From Calcarisporiella thermophila CBS 279.70 (lineage: Eukaryota; Fungi; Calcarisporiellomycota): a stretch of DNA of 64,000 nucleotides. The position numbers and the translations under genes are program-made. The stretch spans positions 383,829 through 447,828 of the forward strand of contig NW_027192197.1 in the NCBI RefSeq assembly GCF_041956535.1. Direction: 5' to 3'. This document shows positions 12,856 through 23,522 of this stretch, piece by piece (within the stretch, counting starts at the first letter, position 1; the number at the start of each line of letters is the position of its first letter). The notes beneath the pieces are model-generated. The model was not told the origin of the DNA. It searched no databases and saw nothing but the letters and a program-made list of their open reading frames with translations.

Positions 12856-15481
12856 TTAAAATATACCTGGTATATATTTGCGAAAAAATATCCCTGTATT
12901 GACCAAATGACAATCAAATGTTATCCGGGTATAATGAAATGATCGGAGATTAGCAACATGTTAGGAGCCAGGTGTAATTTCCAAGATGTGAAAAACCCTT
13001 GGTCTTTTTAATAGATTATGCTACGGTAATTAGGTGATTTGTCTTTGATAACAGTAGTAACTCACTTATCAATGATAAAAAAAGGTTCATTTTCAGCGGT
13101 GCCAAGCTTGACTTTTTTTGCACTGATGTATCTTACATTTATTTTTTTTTTGTATTTTCTGCATCTCAGATGTCGAGTTGACATCATACATAGTTTTTGT
13201 ATGAAGAATTTATTTTATTCTATAATTTAACCCCAGTCTAGAAGTGAATTTATTAAAATGTAATAATTGCCGACTTTATTCTACAGTTTTTTTCCAGGTT
13301 ATGCGGCAGATATAAAGCTCACAGCTTATGCTTGTCGATGAATCAGACGGCGGTATCTGCTGGGTAACTGGAGAACAGATTCAAATGGATATGGCACATT
13401 GCTTTGGTATAGCAGTGCAATGTTAAATTAAAAAATATTTTTGGCTATTTTGATGTATCTTGTGGCCAAATTGCATTAGGAACTCAAAAGAGGTGCAGTT
13501 ACATTATTGCTAAAACAAATAACAAGCACCTCTGCAGCGATAATCTCGGTTAGGACTGAATGCAAGAATGAAGCACTGATCTATTCAAAGAAGATTTCAT
13601 TATATTATCTTTTTCACAAGAGGTGACTCCAGTAACTTATAAGTATTACGTAGTGCTGATTCAAAATCAGCGACTAAACAAGGGATATTCTAATATGCAC
13701 ATTAGTCATGAAAACCGTGATATATTTGAATTGCCCATAGACATTTGATATGAAGATTTAACTTCAGTAGAGTGTGAAACCAAGTTCCTGTTGCATGGGG
13801 AAGAGGGTTTAGATTAATTTATATTAATTTAGATTAATTATCAAGTGCAATATTTATTAATCTTTGTTAATGGACTCCTAAAACAATGCCAAATACTTAA
13901 CAGATTCTCTCAAATATTAACAAACGAAAATACATGTAAGTACTTTTGAGAATAAAGCGCTTTGTCCTTGAAATTACTTCTACACATAATTATTCACGAT
14001 TAGTTTCTTCTGTTTAGGTATGATACTTTGGTTAAAAGTAGTGGTAAATTCGAATTCGTCTTTTGTAACCAAATGAAAATATTAGTCATCGTGGTGTATA
14101 TCATGTGTGAAGAATTATCATCAATTTAGAACCAAGCAAAATACATCGTAAAGCAAAATGTTTTAACTCTACAAAAATACTTTAGATGGTAGAATTCTCG
14201 GAAATTGGTCTCTAGTTCACGGATAAACTTCAATTTAACTATAGCATAAGAGAATTTTATCTCTAGAATTTCTGTTTATTCTGGGAGAGAGCTCCTCCAT
14301 TCTACTCAGAATCCCCTTCATTGACCATCTTTTCGCGCCCGTATTTTTGTCCACTTACGGAACAATTTGAAAAAGGATAAAACTTAAAGAATACGATCGA
14401 TATCCCTCCTAGGAAAACATTGGGCGCGAATCTAAGTCTACTTAGTCTAATTTACTCTCTTTTAAGCTTAAGTTTTACAAGAGTATCTACAGATATAATC
14501 GACTTTACAATCCGAGTCTGTAGGATTGCGTGTTTGAGATTTATCCAGGTAAACCATCAAAAAAAGTTTACAGTCACTGTCAAGCTCAGCACATGATGAC
14601 TAGATCATTCATCCTTAGTTCTAAATCTTCTAGAAGCGATATCTAATATACATTATGTCCCCCTTCACAGACCCCGGTGCTACTGTCAAGGACAATCTTA
14701 ATCATCAAGATCTGTCGACACTACCAAATATCACTAAATCTAATAGCTGTAAAAAGAGAATAGGTGCTTGCCATCTCAGTTTAAAGTACCTGTTAGGGTC
14801 GAAACAGGCGCTCAAGCGAACATAGTGTACTTCGATGGCATATTCTATAACATTATGTGAATGCAGTAAGAATCGCCCAACACTTTAGTCATCCCAGCTG
14901 AAACCGCAAGGGATCCGGGGGTGAACATATAGACCATAGCACACGCATTCTTCGTAAGAGCCTTACGGATCTTTGAAAGTGATTCAGTTATCACCGAATT
15001 CTAGATAAACTTCGGGCAAACCTCCAGAGATGCGAGCCTATCTTTGTATAATACAAAAAAAAATTTCAAGGCGGAGACTGACAAATATTCACGCCCATAC
15101 ACGATACTATAACCAGCCATATACATAAGTTCGAATAGCAATCGTGATGGGCGACCATGAATAGAAGAATATACCTTAAAGCGAGATATATTTTTAAAAA
15201 TCAATGAAGAGCCCGAAAGGGAATAATGAACAATTGTTTAGGCTTTGTAGGCAAATAAAACCAGAGTAGAAACAATATTTGTGATGTTGAAAATTCATAT
15301 TCCAAAGCATTATTAGAAGTTAGAGTATCTGAAAAATATGAAAGAAACAATACTTTATTGAACTAGAAATTCAATTCCGCAAAATAGGCTTAAATGGGAA
15401 ATTGTACATATAATCAAGAAATTAATTTATTCACTTATACTATGTTATGAATGTCAAATTTCATCTTACATTCGCCGTCAG

Positions 15482-16057
15482 CTATAGAGCTTTAGTTGGT
15501 TTGGCTCCTGCACTAATGGATGCGCCAGGTTTCCCGAGAGCGGCAACACCACCACCAGCACCGCCAATGCCAATAGCACCGCCGGCATCGCCAGTACCAC
15601 CAGTACCACCAGTACCACCAGCACCACCAGCACCAGCTGGAGGAGTAGCAGCAACTGCGCCACCACCAAGGGTAACAGTAGGTGCTGTAACCGTTCGGGT
15701 AACCGTTCTTCTGCGAGTTGGTGTAGATGCGGGAGTAATAGTCTGTGTTTCGGTGACAAACTCCTCTACTGGCTTTACTTCTCCACCTCCTGAGCCGGAA
15801 CCTTGACCTCCGCCTGCGCCTGCGCCAGCGCCAGCTCCCGCGCCTCCGCCCGAGCCATATCCATATGCGCCATCAGTGGGAGGAGGTGGTGGCGGTGGAG
15901 GTGGAGGCGGTGGGGGTGGGGGGGGTGGAGGCTGTCCACCTCCTAAACCAAGTAATTGTGCAATCAAACCTATAGTACGCTTTTCGCGAACAGGCACCGC
16001 TACAGTGGCGATAATGAGTGCCAGGATTGTTGGAAAGAGAAGAGCAAATATTTTCAT
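15482..16057 (-). CDS. Secreted Pro/Gly-rich KR-processed protein, paralogue 1 (191 aa)
   Basis: Intronless ORF: signal peptide, VREKR|TIGLIAQLLG, long polyproline, YGYG, GAGAGA run, TPTRRRTVTRTVT, Gly/Ala-rich tail. Confidence 0.85.
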   Translation of the reverse strand: MKIFALLFPTILALIIATVAVPVREKRTIGLIAQLLGLGGGQPPPPPPPPPPPPPPPPPPTDGAYGYGSGGGAGAGAGAGAGGGQGSGSGGGEVKPVEEFVTETQTITPASTPTRRRTVTRTVTAPTVTLGGGAVAATPPAGAGGAGGTGGTGGTGDAGGAIGIGGAGGGVAALGKPGASISAGAKPTKAL

Positions 16058-16202
16058 CTTGAAGAAGCTGGCGGTGAGAAATTAAGGGTTGCGTGTAAGA
16101 GAGATGTAAGGAACTGCTTAATGGATACTCCCGTAATTGCCCTTCACAAATAGATTATTGTAGATGGAAAACACCGAGATGAAATGAGGTAAAATTTGTA
16201 CG

Positions 16203-16280
16203 TATATATATGTCTGTGCCCGGATCATCTTTTGCGAAGACCATATTTGGAGCAACCCTAAGGTTTTTGGCATTACCCTA
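16203..16280 (-). promoter_or_regulatory. Putative promoter of paralogue 1: TATA-like element plus two ACCCTA motifs 20 bp apart
   Basis: TATATATA at 16203-16210; ACCCTA at 16255 and 16275 (+ strand reading). Confidence 0.45.
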
Positions 16281-17014
16281 GTTTTTTAGCAACTCAGCCC
16301 TCGTTTGATTGCTAGTTTAACACTACTGACGGACGCTGTTGTCACTGGTGTCATATTTTGATCGATTTGGAAATGCCGATCCGAGTTCAAGCTAATGTAG
16401 TTGAAATTATAAGATGTAAAAAATATCAAAGATCCTTTTGTTTACTCTATCGTGATTTCTCAATGACCAACATTAAATTTGAATGAAGTTTTGCTTTCTT
16501 TGAAGAGATGATGAAGTTGCTCTGATAGTGAATTAAACCTAATAGTTGAACCTGGTCATTTCAGTTAGCTATCCACTATGATGTCAATTAAGTTGCTGTT
16601 TACGCCCCCCGTAATAATGAGGTTAGGTAAGTACGACTATTACGTTGAATTCCCTAAATGATATCGATAGATTCACTTGCGCCAAATGTCTTTATCCTGG
16701 TGGCATGTAGCTTCTAGTACTAATACATACCATCTCTGAATTTTATCGTTTTACCCAATAAAGAAATACTATCTGATATCGGGTTATACACCTGGATCCC
16801 TCAAGAGGGGCCATTTTTTAAAGTAGAATGGTGAAACCAAGGTATTTTGTATTATAAACGAAGGTTTCAAATAAAAATAATATGTATTTAATTAGGTGTA
16901 GAAATAAATCCCTTAAAATAAACATGAACTAATAAAGTACAATATAACGCAAAAGTATCAATTAGTTGGTTTAATTAACTTCTGTTTTTCTCGCGTTGCG
17001 TTGAACAAAAGTGC

Positions 17015-17350
17015 CTAGGAAGAAAGCGTAGTATATACCGTGATTGTTCTTCTGATGGTAGGTGTTTTTGGTGGCTGGATAACTACAGTATCCGTGATTA
17101 CTACTTCCGATGGGCCACCACCATAAGGAGGTCCATAAGGAGGTCCAACTGGAGGTCCAACTGGAGGTCCAACTGGAGGCCCAACTGGGGGTCCAACTGG
17201 AGGAGGTTGTGGAGGAGGAGCACCACCACCCATGAAGCCCTGTAGAAGTTGTGCTAACAGGCCAATAGTGCGTTTCTCACGAGAAGGTGCTGCTTGGGAC
17301 GTAGCGATGAGGACAGCAGCTGTGGAGAGAAAGAGAAAAGATATTTTCAT
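17015..17350 (-). CDS. Secreted Pro/Gly-rich KR-processed protein, paralogue 2 (111 aa)
   Basis: MKISFLFLSTAAVLIATSQAAPSREKR|TIGLLAQLLQGFMGGG, (VGPP)x5-YGPP-YGGG, TPTIRRTITVYTTL. ATG 17350 chosen by alignment with the paralogues. Confidence 0.85.
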   Translation of the reverse strand: MKISFLFLSTAAVLIATSQAAPSREKRTIGLLAQLLQGFMGGGAPPPQPPPVGPPVGPPVGPPVGPPVGPPYGPPYGGGPSEVVITDTVVIQPPKTPTIRRTITVYTTLSS

Positions 17351-17453
17351 TTTGAATGAATGCAACGAAGATAAAAGCGATGCTCAGTGTATGAGAGAAA
17401 AGAAAGGATCAAGGAGAAAAAAATTAAACAGGTTAGATAACTCTGCGTTATCC

Positions 17454-17546
17454 TTTTATACACTTACTCTACCGCCTACTACCAAGCTATCTCAAGCGAC
17501 CCTTACACCTTTTAGTGTACCCTTGTTTCTTATAAGTAAAACCCTA
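17454..17546 (-). promoter_or_regulatory. Putative promoter of paralogue 2: TATAAAA plus three ACCCT(T/A) motifs
   Basis: TATAAAA (minus strand) at 17454-17460; ACCCTT at 17499 and 17519; ACCCTA at 17541. Confidence 0.5.
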
Positions 17547-17897
17547 GCTTTGTTTGTTTGGAGTTCTATTTTCGCCGTACAACCAGGTATTTTATACACA
17601 GTTTATTTGTTATACTCTGATTATCTCTAGTGTTCCGCCGGGAATAATAGATATAAACAGATCGAACTTGAAATTTGCCACTATTTGTGAAATATTTTTA
17701 TTAAATTCCCATGTATCCTTGTCAATATAGGAATTAAATTAATGTTTAACAAATTTAGATTTCCTTTTCGTTTATTGGGTAATACAGGGTAGGGTAGAAC
17801 TTGTCGACAACCATCTATAAAACTGTATATATGTTTTCATTATACTCGTCGAAAGAGAACTCGTACGATCTAGCGCTGTATGCTGCAAAGCTATAAG

Positions 17898-18938
17898 TTA
17901 TTTTTCGATGCATCGCGGCTCCTGAGTTGTGCTCAATAGCGTACGCCAATAGTCGTCAAATTTAAACTCATAATCTAGTTTTCCACCGAAATCTGCTTCT
18001 AGTTGTTCAGCCGGGATGTAGTGAAGGAGATTTGCCCAATCTCCTTTCTCTTGGTTTGGCTGGACATTATTCTGTGTCTTTAGATCTACAAAGCGAATCT
18101 TACTTCTAGTAACCGGGTCAATAAACGGAGATATAAGTTTCCAGAAAGTCCAAAAGAACCATGGGGCTAAGGATGTGATATGAAATATTGTTTACTAGAG
18201 CTGATCCTTTTTTTACGCTTAAAACTTACTATTGACTAGGAAAGCTCTCCCAAGTCGCTCGGGATAATGATTCCCAAGGACCGTCAGAAATTCTTTAGCT
18301 ATTCCGAGACCAGGGTTTGTGCGGGTCGAAGATCCCGCAAAGTCTACAACAATTACCATCTTTTCGACATTCTCAGGCATCAGCCGTATGGCTCTCTCAA
18401 GCAAAAACACAACATTGCGAATATGACGCCGAGATGGCTTAGTATTCTCATTCCTCGGCTTCATGTATATTACTGGACTACCTTGGCTATCGAAACCATT
18501 GAGGTAGATTTTGCCCGTGTAGCACTAATTAAAACGGTAATTCATTTCAGTAAAAATCATTAGTAATGAGAATGTAATATGGAAGACTACTTCTTCTTCA
18601 ATTTCCTGTGGATCGATCAAATGTGGTCCGTAGGAGCGTCGCCATTTGAGTGTTTCTTCAATCCTCTCTCGTGCGTCGGAGTAATTCCATTTGCAAGCCC
18701 GCAAATACCTTAATAGACATGCATCACTGCACCAGGAAATCTCTGAAGTGCGCACTTTATCATCAGAAGAAAAAATTGAACTCGATTCCAGAAAATCTTC
18801 TCGTAGTCTCTCTAAAATTTTTTTTTTATCAGAATCAATTGCGGGAGGGGGGACATTAGTAATGTCAGCTGGGGGGACAAGTTGAGGAATTGTAGTTGGA
18901 AGAGACGAGGATGTTTGAGAACGAGCCGAAGGAGCCAT
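17898..18938 (-). CDS. PDR16: CRAL-TRIO/Sec14-like lipid transfer protein (Pdr16/Sfh3-like)
   Basis: DACLLRYLRACKWN..ETLKWRR, GKIYLNGFD..PVIYMKP, VLGNHYPERLGRAFLVN, PWFFWTFWKLISPFIDPVTRSKI, EQLEADFGG; stop TAA at 17898-17900. Confidence 0.88.
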
Positions 18939-19730
18939 TGAAATAGTACGGCGATTAAAAGGGAACACAGAAGAATTGAAATATAAAAGATAAAATGACA
19001 CGATGAACGTGCGATGACAACAAAGGGTGAAGTAACGGTTGTTCATATATCGGGTGTGTCATTGTTTTTCTTAACCAATAAATAAAATCTCGATTTATAT
19101 TGTGTGGCTGAGCAGATTCAGAGAGAAGAGAATCATCATATCAAACTGTCATTTTCGTTTATACTCTATAATTGTTTAATCTATATATTAATTTTAATCA
19201 ATATTTTTCGGATAATTTTACGGCCATACAGTATATAACTTATCTCTTTTTCAACTCTTTCATGTTCCATTTTAAAAAATAAAGTCGTGGTATTCTCTTA
19301 TTAATAATATGTATTATGATCTATAGGTTTCCAATACCACTTTTATTTGACCCATAACGGAACAGTTCAAGCAGTTTGGTGCATAACGATCGTCAATTAT
19401 AAATAACTGTCTAGAGGTTGGTGGAAAAAGAATATTGAACCATTCCACACGGTTTTGCATACTGTAAGGAAAATAAGTTCTAATTGGAATACACGAATTT
19501 TGTAATTTGCGAGATTATATTAGAAAGTATCACAAACAATTGGAGAAGCACTTTGGAGCAAAGCTCATTGATATACCGTGATAGTATTATTAATTAATTA
19601 GTTGATTCTTATAATTTATTAGTATTTCTTATACACTAAGTAACTAGGGCACATACAAAATAAAGCTGCTATCCTCCTAATGCACGAGAAAAATAGCGCT
19701 TTTAACTTAAAAGGACCGTTGATCTGACGT

Positions 19731-20012
19731 TTACATGCCGAGAGTTGTGTAAACAGTAACGTGCCTAGTGACAACTGGTCGGTCGGGATAAGGGTTGGGA
19801 TTATAAGGGTCAGGAGGATAAGGCTTAGGAGGATAAGGATCGACCGGAGGGGGAGGAGGAGGAGGCGGAGGAGGAGGAGGGGGTGGATAGATTCCACCGC
19901 CGAGCAAGCTCAAGAGCAAGCCAAGGGTACGCTTTTCATGATGCAGCGGTTCGGCTTGAGAAGTGGCGGCAAGGAAAAGAGCAGTGGTAAGGAAAAGCCC
20001 GGTGATCCTCAT
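19731..20012 (-). CDS. Secreted Pro-rich KR-processed protein, paralogue 3 (93 aa)
   Basis: Signal peptide ending SQA, HHEKR|TLGLLLSLLGGG, polyproline, PYPP/PYNP repeats, VVTRHVTVYTTL; TATAAAA at 20127-20133 (minus strand). Confidence 0.85.
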   Translation of the reverse strand: MRITGLFLTTALFLAATSQAEPLHHEKRTLGLLLSLLGGGIYPPPPPPPPPPPPPPVDPYPPKPYPPDPYNPNPYPDRPVVTRHVTVYTTLGM

Positions 20013-21152
20013 TATAGTTTAAAGTAATCGAAAGGATTGTAGTTGGGTAGGAATGAGCGTGGGATTAGAGAGAAAAAATTATTGTGGAGTGGTGGTGGAC
20101 TGCAGAGTTGCTGAAAATCTGCATTCTTTTATACTTTTCTCTTCACATACTCTGAAACAGCTCTTCTAGTCTCCATTAATTTGATTTCTTCAGAATCTAA
20201 TCTTGGTTTTTGTTTTACAGTTGGTCTTTGCCCCTTAATTATTTTTTTGGCAATTTCCCGCTGAGACCAAGAGGTGTTTCCGAGAAACTCGACAGCTGTT
20301 CAATCACTATAGTGGTTGGATTCAAAGTAGATCCGATCTGGCAATTTGCCACTCCGATAATTCGGTCAGTGCGGGAAGTCCGCTTGAGTAATCATTCGTG
20401 TTTATCTACATTTAAGTAAGAGGAAGAAACATAATTTGCCTAATTATTCAAGATGGAGTTGCCAAACGCGAAGGTATTGTTCTAACGTAAGTAAAAATCA
20501 GTAGTTTTAGTGACTATATTTTATATATTTTCCAGTGAGAAGGGCGACTATTCAACTTTAAACTAGATGCAGCGCAAAAAAGGTTTTGATATTGACAGAA
20601 AAAAAACAAAGCGTGGTCAATGAGAAATGGACCCTTGCGGCAATTTAAGAGAGCCCAGCAAAACGCCTCTAATTAGAAAACTCTGAGACAGTAAATTGGT
20701 TTAAGCGTTTCAGTGTGCGCAAAGTTACTCACGGTCTCAAGCATGAACCAATGCACTGTTTATGGTAATTTTATTCCTACAAAGACCGAAGACTATGCCT
20801 AATGCTCAGTGCTAAAGGGTGTATACGAATATAGACAATTAAATCATTCGTATTCGTAATGTATATGCATATCGAATGAAATGATTTATAATTTCTAGAG
20901 TTTTACTACTAATCATTTAAGTTCCTAATCCTTTTCCCGAGTATCCTAAAGCCTCCTGCTACCGGATTTACATTTTACTTCTCCACACCATTACTTATTA
21001 AAACAGAATAAAAATTTATTTAATGATTTAGTATTGCTTTCGACTATAATAGCTATGGACATGGGATATAATGAAGAGGGAATGCCTCTTCGCATAAATT
21101 TAGTGCGTCGTGAATGTTTCTTATCAGTCGCGCTAGAAAACTTAAGCTACGT

Positions 21153-21431
21153 TCAGAGAGCCGTAATTGTAACAGTAACGCGTCTGGTGACAGGTCCTCC
21201 TCCTCCTCCATATCCGCCGTATCCGTAGCCGGGTCCAGGACCGACATCAATGGGAGGTTGAACTGGTATTGGCTGCGGTGGAGGAGGTGGAGGAGGTGGC
21301 GGAGGTTGACCCCCCATAAATCCTGAAAGAAATGGAAGGAGCAATTCAAGAGTTCGTTTTTGACGGGCCGGGGCGGCTTGAGATACGGTAAGAAGAGCGA
21401 AAGTGGAAAGCAAAAGAACAAGAGCTTTCAT
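21153..21431 (-). CDS. Secreted Pro/Gly-rich KR-processed protein, paralogue 4 (92 aa)
   Basis: Signal peptide ending SQA, ARQKR|TLELLLPFLSGFMGG, polyproline, GYGYGGYGGG, PVTRRVTVTITAL; TATAAAA at 21525-21531 (minus strand). Confidence 0.85.
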   Translation of the reverse strand: MKALVLLLSTFALLTVSQAAPARQKRTLELLLPFLSGFMGGQPPPPPPPPPPQPIPVQPPIDVGPGPGYGYGGYGGGGGPVTRRVTVTITAL

Positions 21432-22900
21432 TTCGAATTGATTTCTGCTTAATAAGCCAAACTGATCTGGTTAGCGAAAAAAATTCAATAAAGTGATAAT
21501 TGGTAAACGCGCCAAGTACTGTCTTTTTATATCCTATTTGCCGTAACAGACAATCCCTTTTTTTTCAACGATGTATTACAAAAAAAGCGCTTTGCTTTAT
21601 TCAATACCCGGGGTTTTACATCCCTTGCGTAATTCTATGCGAGGCAAATTGATCATCCATCTTCATGATTAAATAGAGAGTGTTCTAGTTATGATCATGG
21701 ATGGAGGTGTTATGTGATATTATAGGTTAGGATCTTTCTAGTAGCAGTTTCAATCTTCAAAACATATCTCACCTTTGCCACTAAACTAACCTGGGAATTG
21801 CAAATAAGCCCCTGTAACTGAATAGCCATAGTGAAATTTTAAAATAACAATATATTTGAAACTTTTCATGTTAATACTTAATTGATTACTGTTATTGTTA
21901 AAAGTCGTTTATTACAGATTGCACAAGCATTGTACAATGGAGTAAAAAAGTAGGTCGCAATTGTGCACTTTTAAGGTCCCGAAGAATGGGCACGGCTATT
22001 ACAGTTTATTTTTATTTCCACTTGAGATCGACCAACGCTGAACCCTAGAGCTAGAAATAACGAAAGACTTAATTTGACTTTGTTTGTTTGTAAATTTTTG
22101 GGGATTTTCATTTATCTAGGGGCTGATATGAGCAAGAATTTTGTTTATACTCTTCAGTGATCTACATGAGAAGCAATACTGAAAATTTTCTTTAGTATGC
22201 TATTATATACCATCAGCTATCTCCGCTTATGAAAATACGAAAATAAACGTTGTAAAATATCATAATTTTCTTTTTATACAAAACGTGTTAGATCCATGAA
22301 AAGGATATTTAGGGGGAACATGCGGAAAAGTACCCTATGTTAAATATTTATACTTTTATTGGAAAAAGGGTTAAATACCACATTAACTGAAAGCTCTTTA
22401 AGTTTAAGTCAGGGATATACATAAAGTGTTTATTTCGAATTAATGTATTCAATATCCCTTTTGAATTATAAATTTTTTCTCACATATTTAGTTTGTTGGT
22501 TTATAACTTAGGAGTGGCATAGTACATTTTCTCACAGTTATTATCATATTAAAGTAATATTCTCAGGTGATCAAGCTAAAAAATTTAGGGGTGGGAAACT
22601 ACCTACATGATTATCCATTTGTCCCAGCGTTAGCATATCGAACACCTGTATATCTATTGTGTATATTGTCGTGAGTATATCAGTTTCGATTTTTGCATAA
22701 TCATATCTGGATTGTTCGAAGCCTAGGAGAAGCATCTCAGTATCCGTCAATAGTTATACGAAAACCCCTGGGTATCCAGACAACACAGGAAAAAAATAAT
22801 CAAACACATGGAACTAGTTTGTATTAAAATTTTGATTAAATAATTTATTGGAGATTTTACATGGTTTACAGAATAGTAATTAGCTAAAGCGTTTTCGAAG

Positions 22901-23331
22901 CTAAGCTAAATTCAACATTTGGAATAAAGCTAGAAAAATATGGGAAAATTAGAAATCTCGGCTCGATCCAAGGATGGTAGAATACATTTATAAATGACTC
23001 ACCGCTACCCACTGTGATGACAAGCAAGAAGCCAATTACCCACATGCTGACCGCAGGGTGATGTGATGACTTTTCCTCTTCTTCTTCCTAAAATATTACC
23101 AGTTTAAACATATTATCAAATAATTGCATGGAAATAATCTTATAAATTTGACAATCAATATTCTTACCACTGCAGATGCTTTGGGAATACGATGCTGGAT
23201 AGCACGAGATTGATAGAGTTGGTTCTTTTTACGAAGTACAGGGGTGCTAGCCTTAAAATTGCAAAAATAAACGTTATTAAGTGGTCTCTAAACAGCACGA
23301 TTGAATCGTAGAAAGGAACAAGACATACCAT
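22901..23331 (-). CDS. YSY6: RAMP4/SERP1/Ysy6-like tail-anchored ER protein, 66 aa, 4 exons (not in ORF track)
   Basis: Exons 23331-23329 (ATG only), 23251-23168, 23087-23003 and 22929-22901, all with GT-AG introns, give MASTPVLRKKNQLYQSRAIQHRIPKASAVEEEEEKSSHHPAVSMWVIGFLLVITVGSALFQMLNLA*. Confidence 0.82.
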
Positions 23332-23522
23332 GCTAAATATAATGATGGAATTGGTAGGAAGTTTGACTATTGCAAAAAGACGAATATTGGTTTAATATAT
23401 GCTGGCGGAAATTAATTGGGCAAATAAATTGATGAGTGACTGGTATTTTTCCATGTCCCGCAATTATTTTCCACGTTAATCAAAACAGCTTTGGAATAAT
23501 GATATTTTATGCTTGATATAAA
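23332..23522. promoter_or_regulatory. Short bidirectional promoter between YSY6-like and DNMT2, three CCAAT boxes
   Basis: ATTGG at 23350, 23386 and 23415 within 191 bp between divergent start codons. Confidence 0.45.

Noticed and set aside
15447-16085. + strand Pro-rich and poly-Gly ORFs (and the poly-Arg ORF at 19761-20027)
   Set aside because: Reverse-strand readings of the secreted paralogues; only the minus frames have signal peptides and conserved motifs.
17136-17205. 12-bp tandem repeat resembling a CRISPR or satellite array
   Set aside because: No spacers; it is the coding (V/Y)GPP repeat of paralogue 2 in a eukaryotic genome.
23014-23070. TGATGA...CTGA pattern suggesting a C/D snoRNA; nearby TGACTCA suggesting a Gcn4 site
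   Set aside because: Both are explained by the minus-strand YSY6-like exon 3 and its GTGAGT splice donor.
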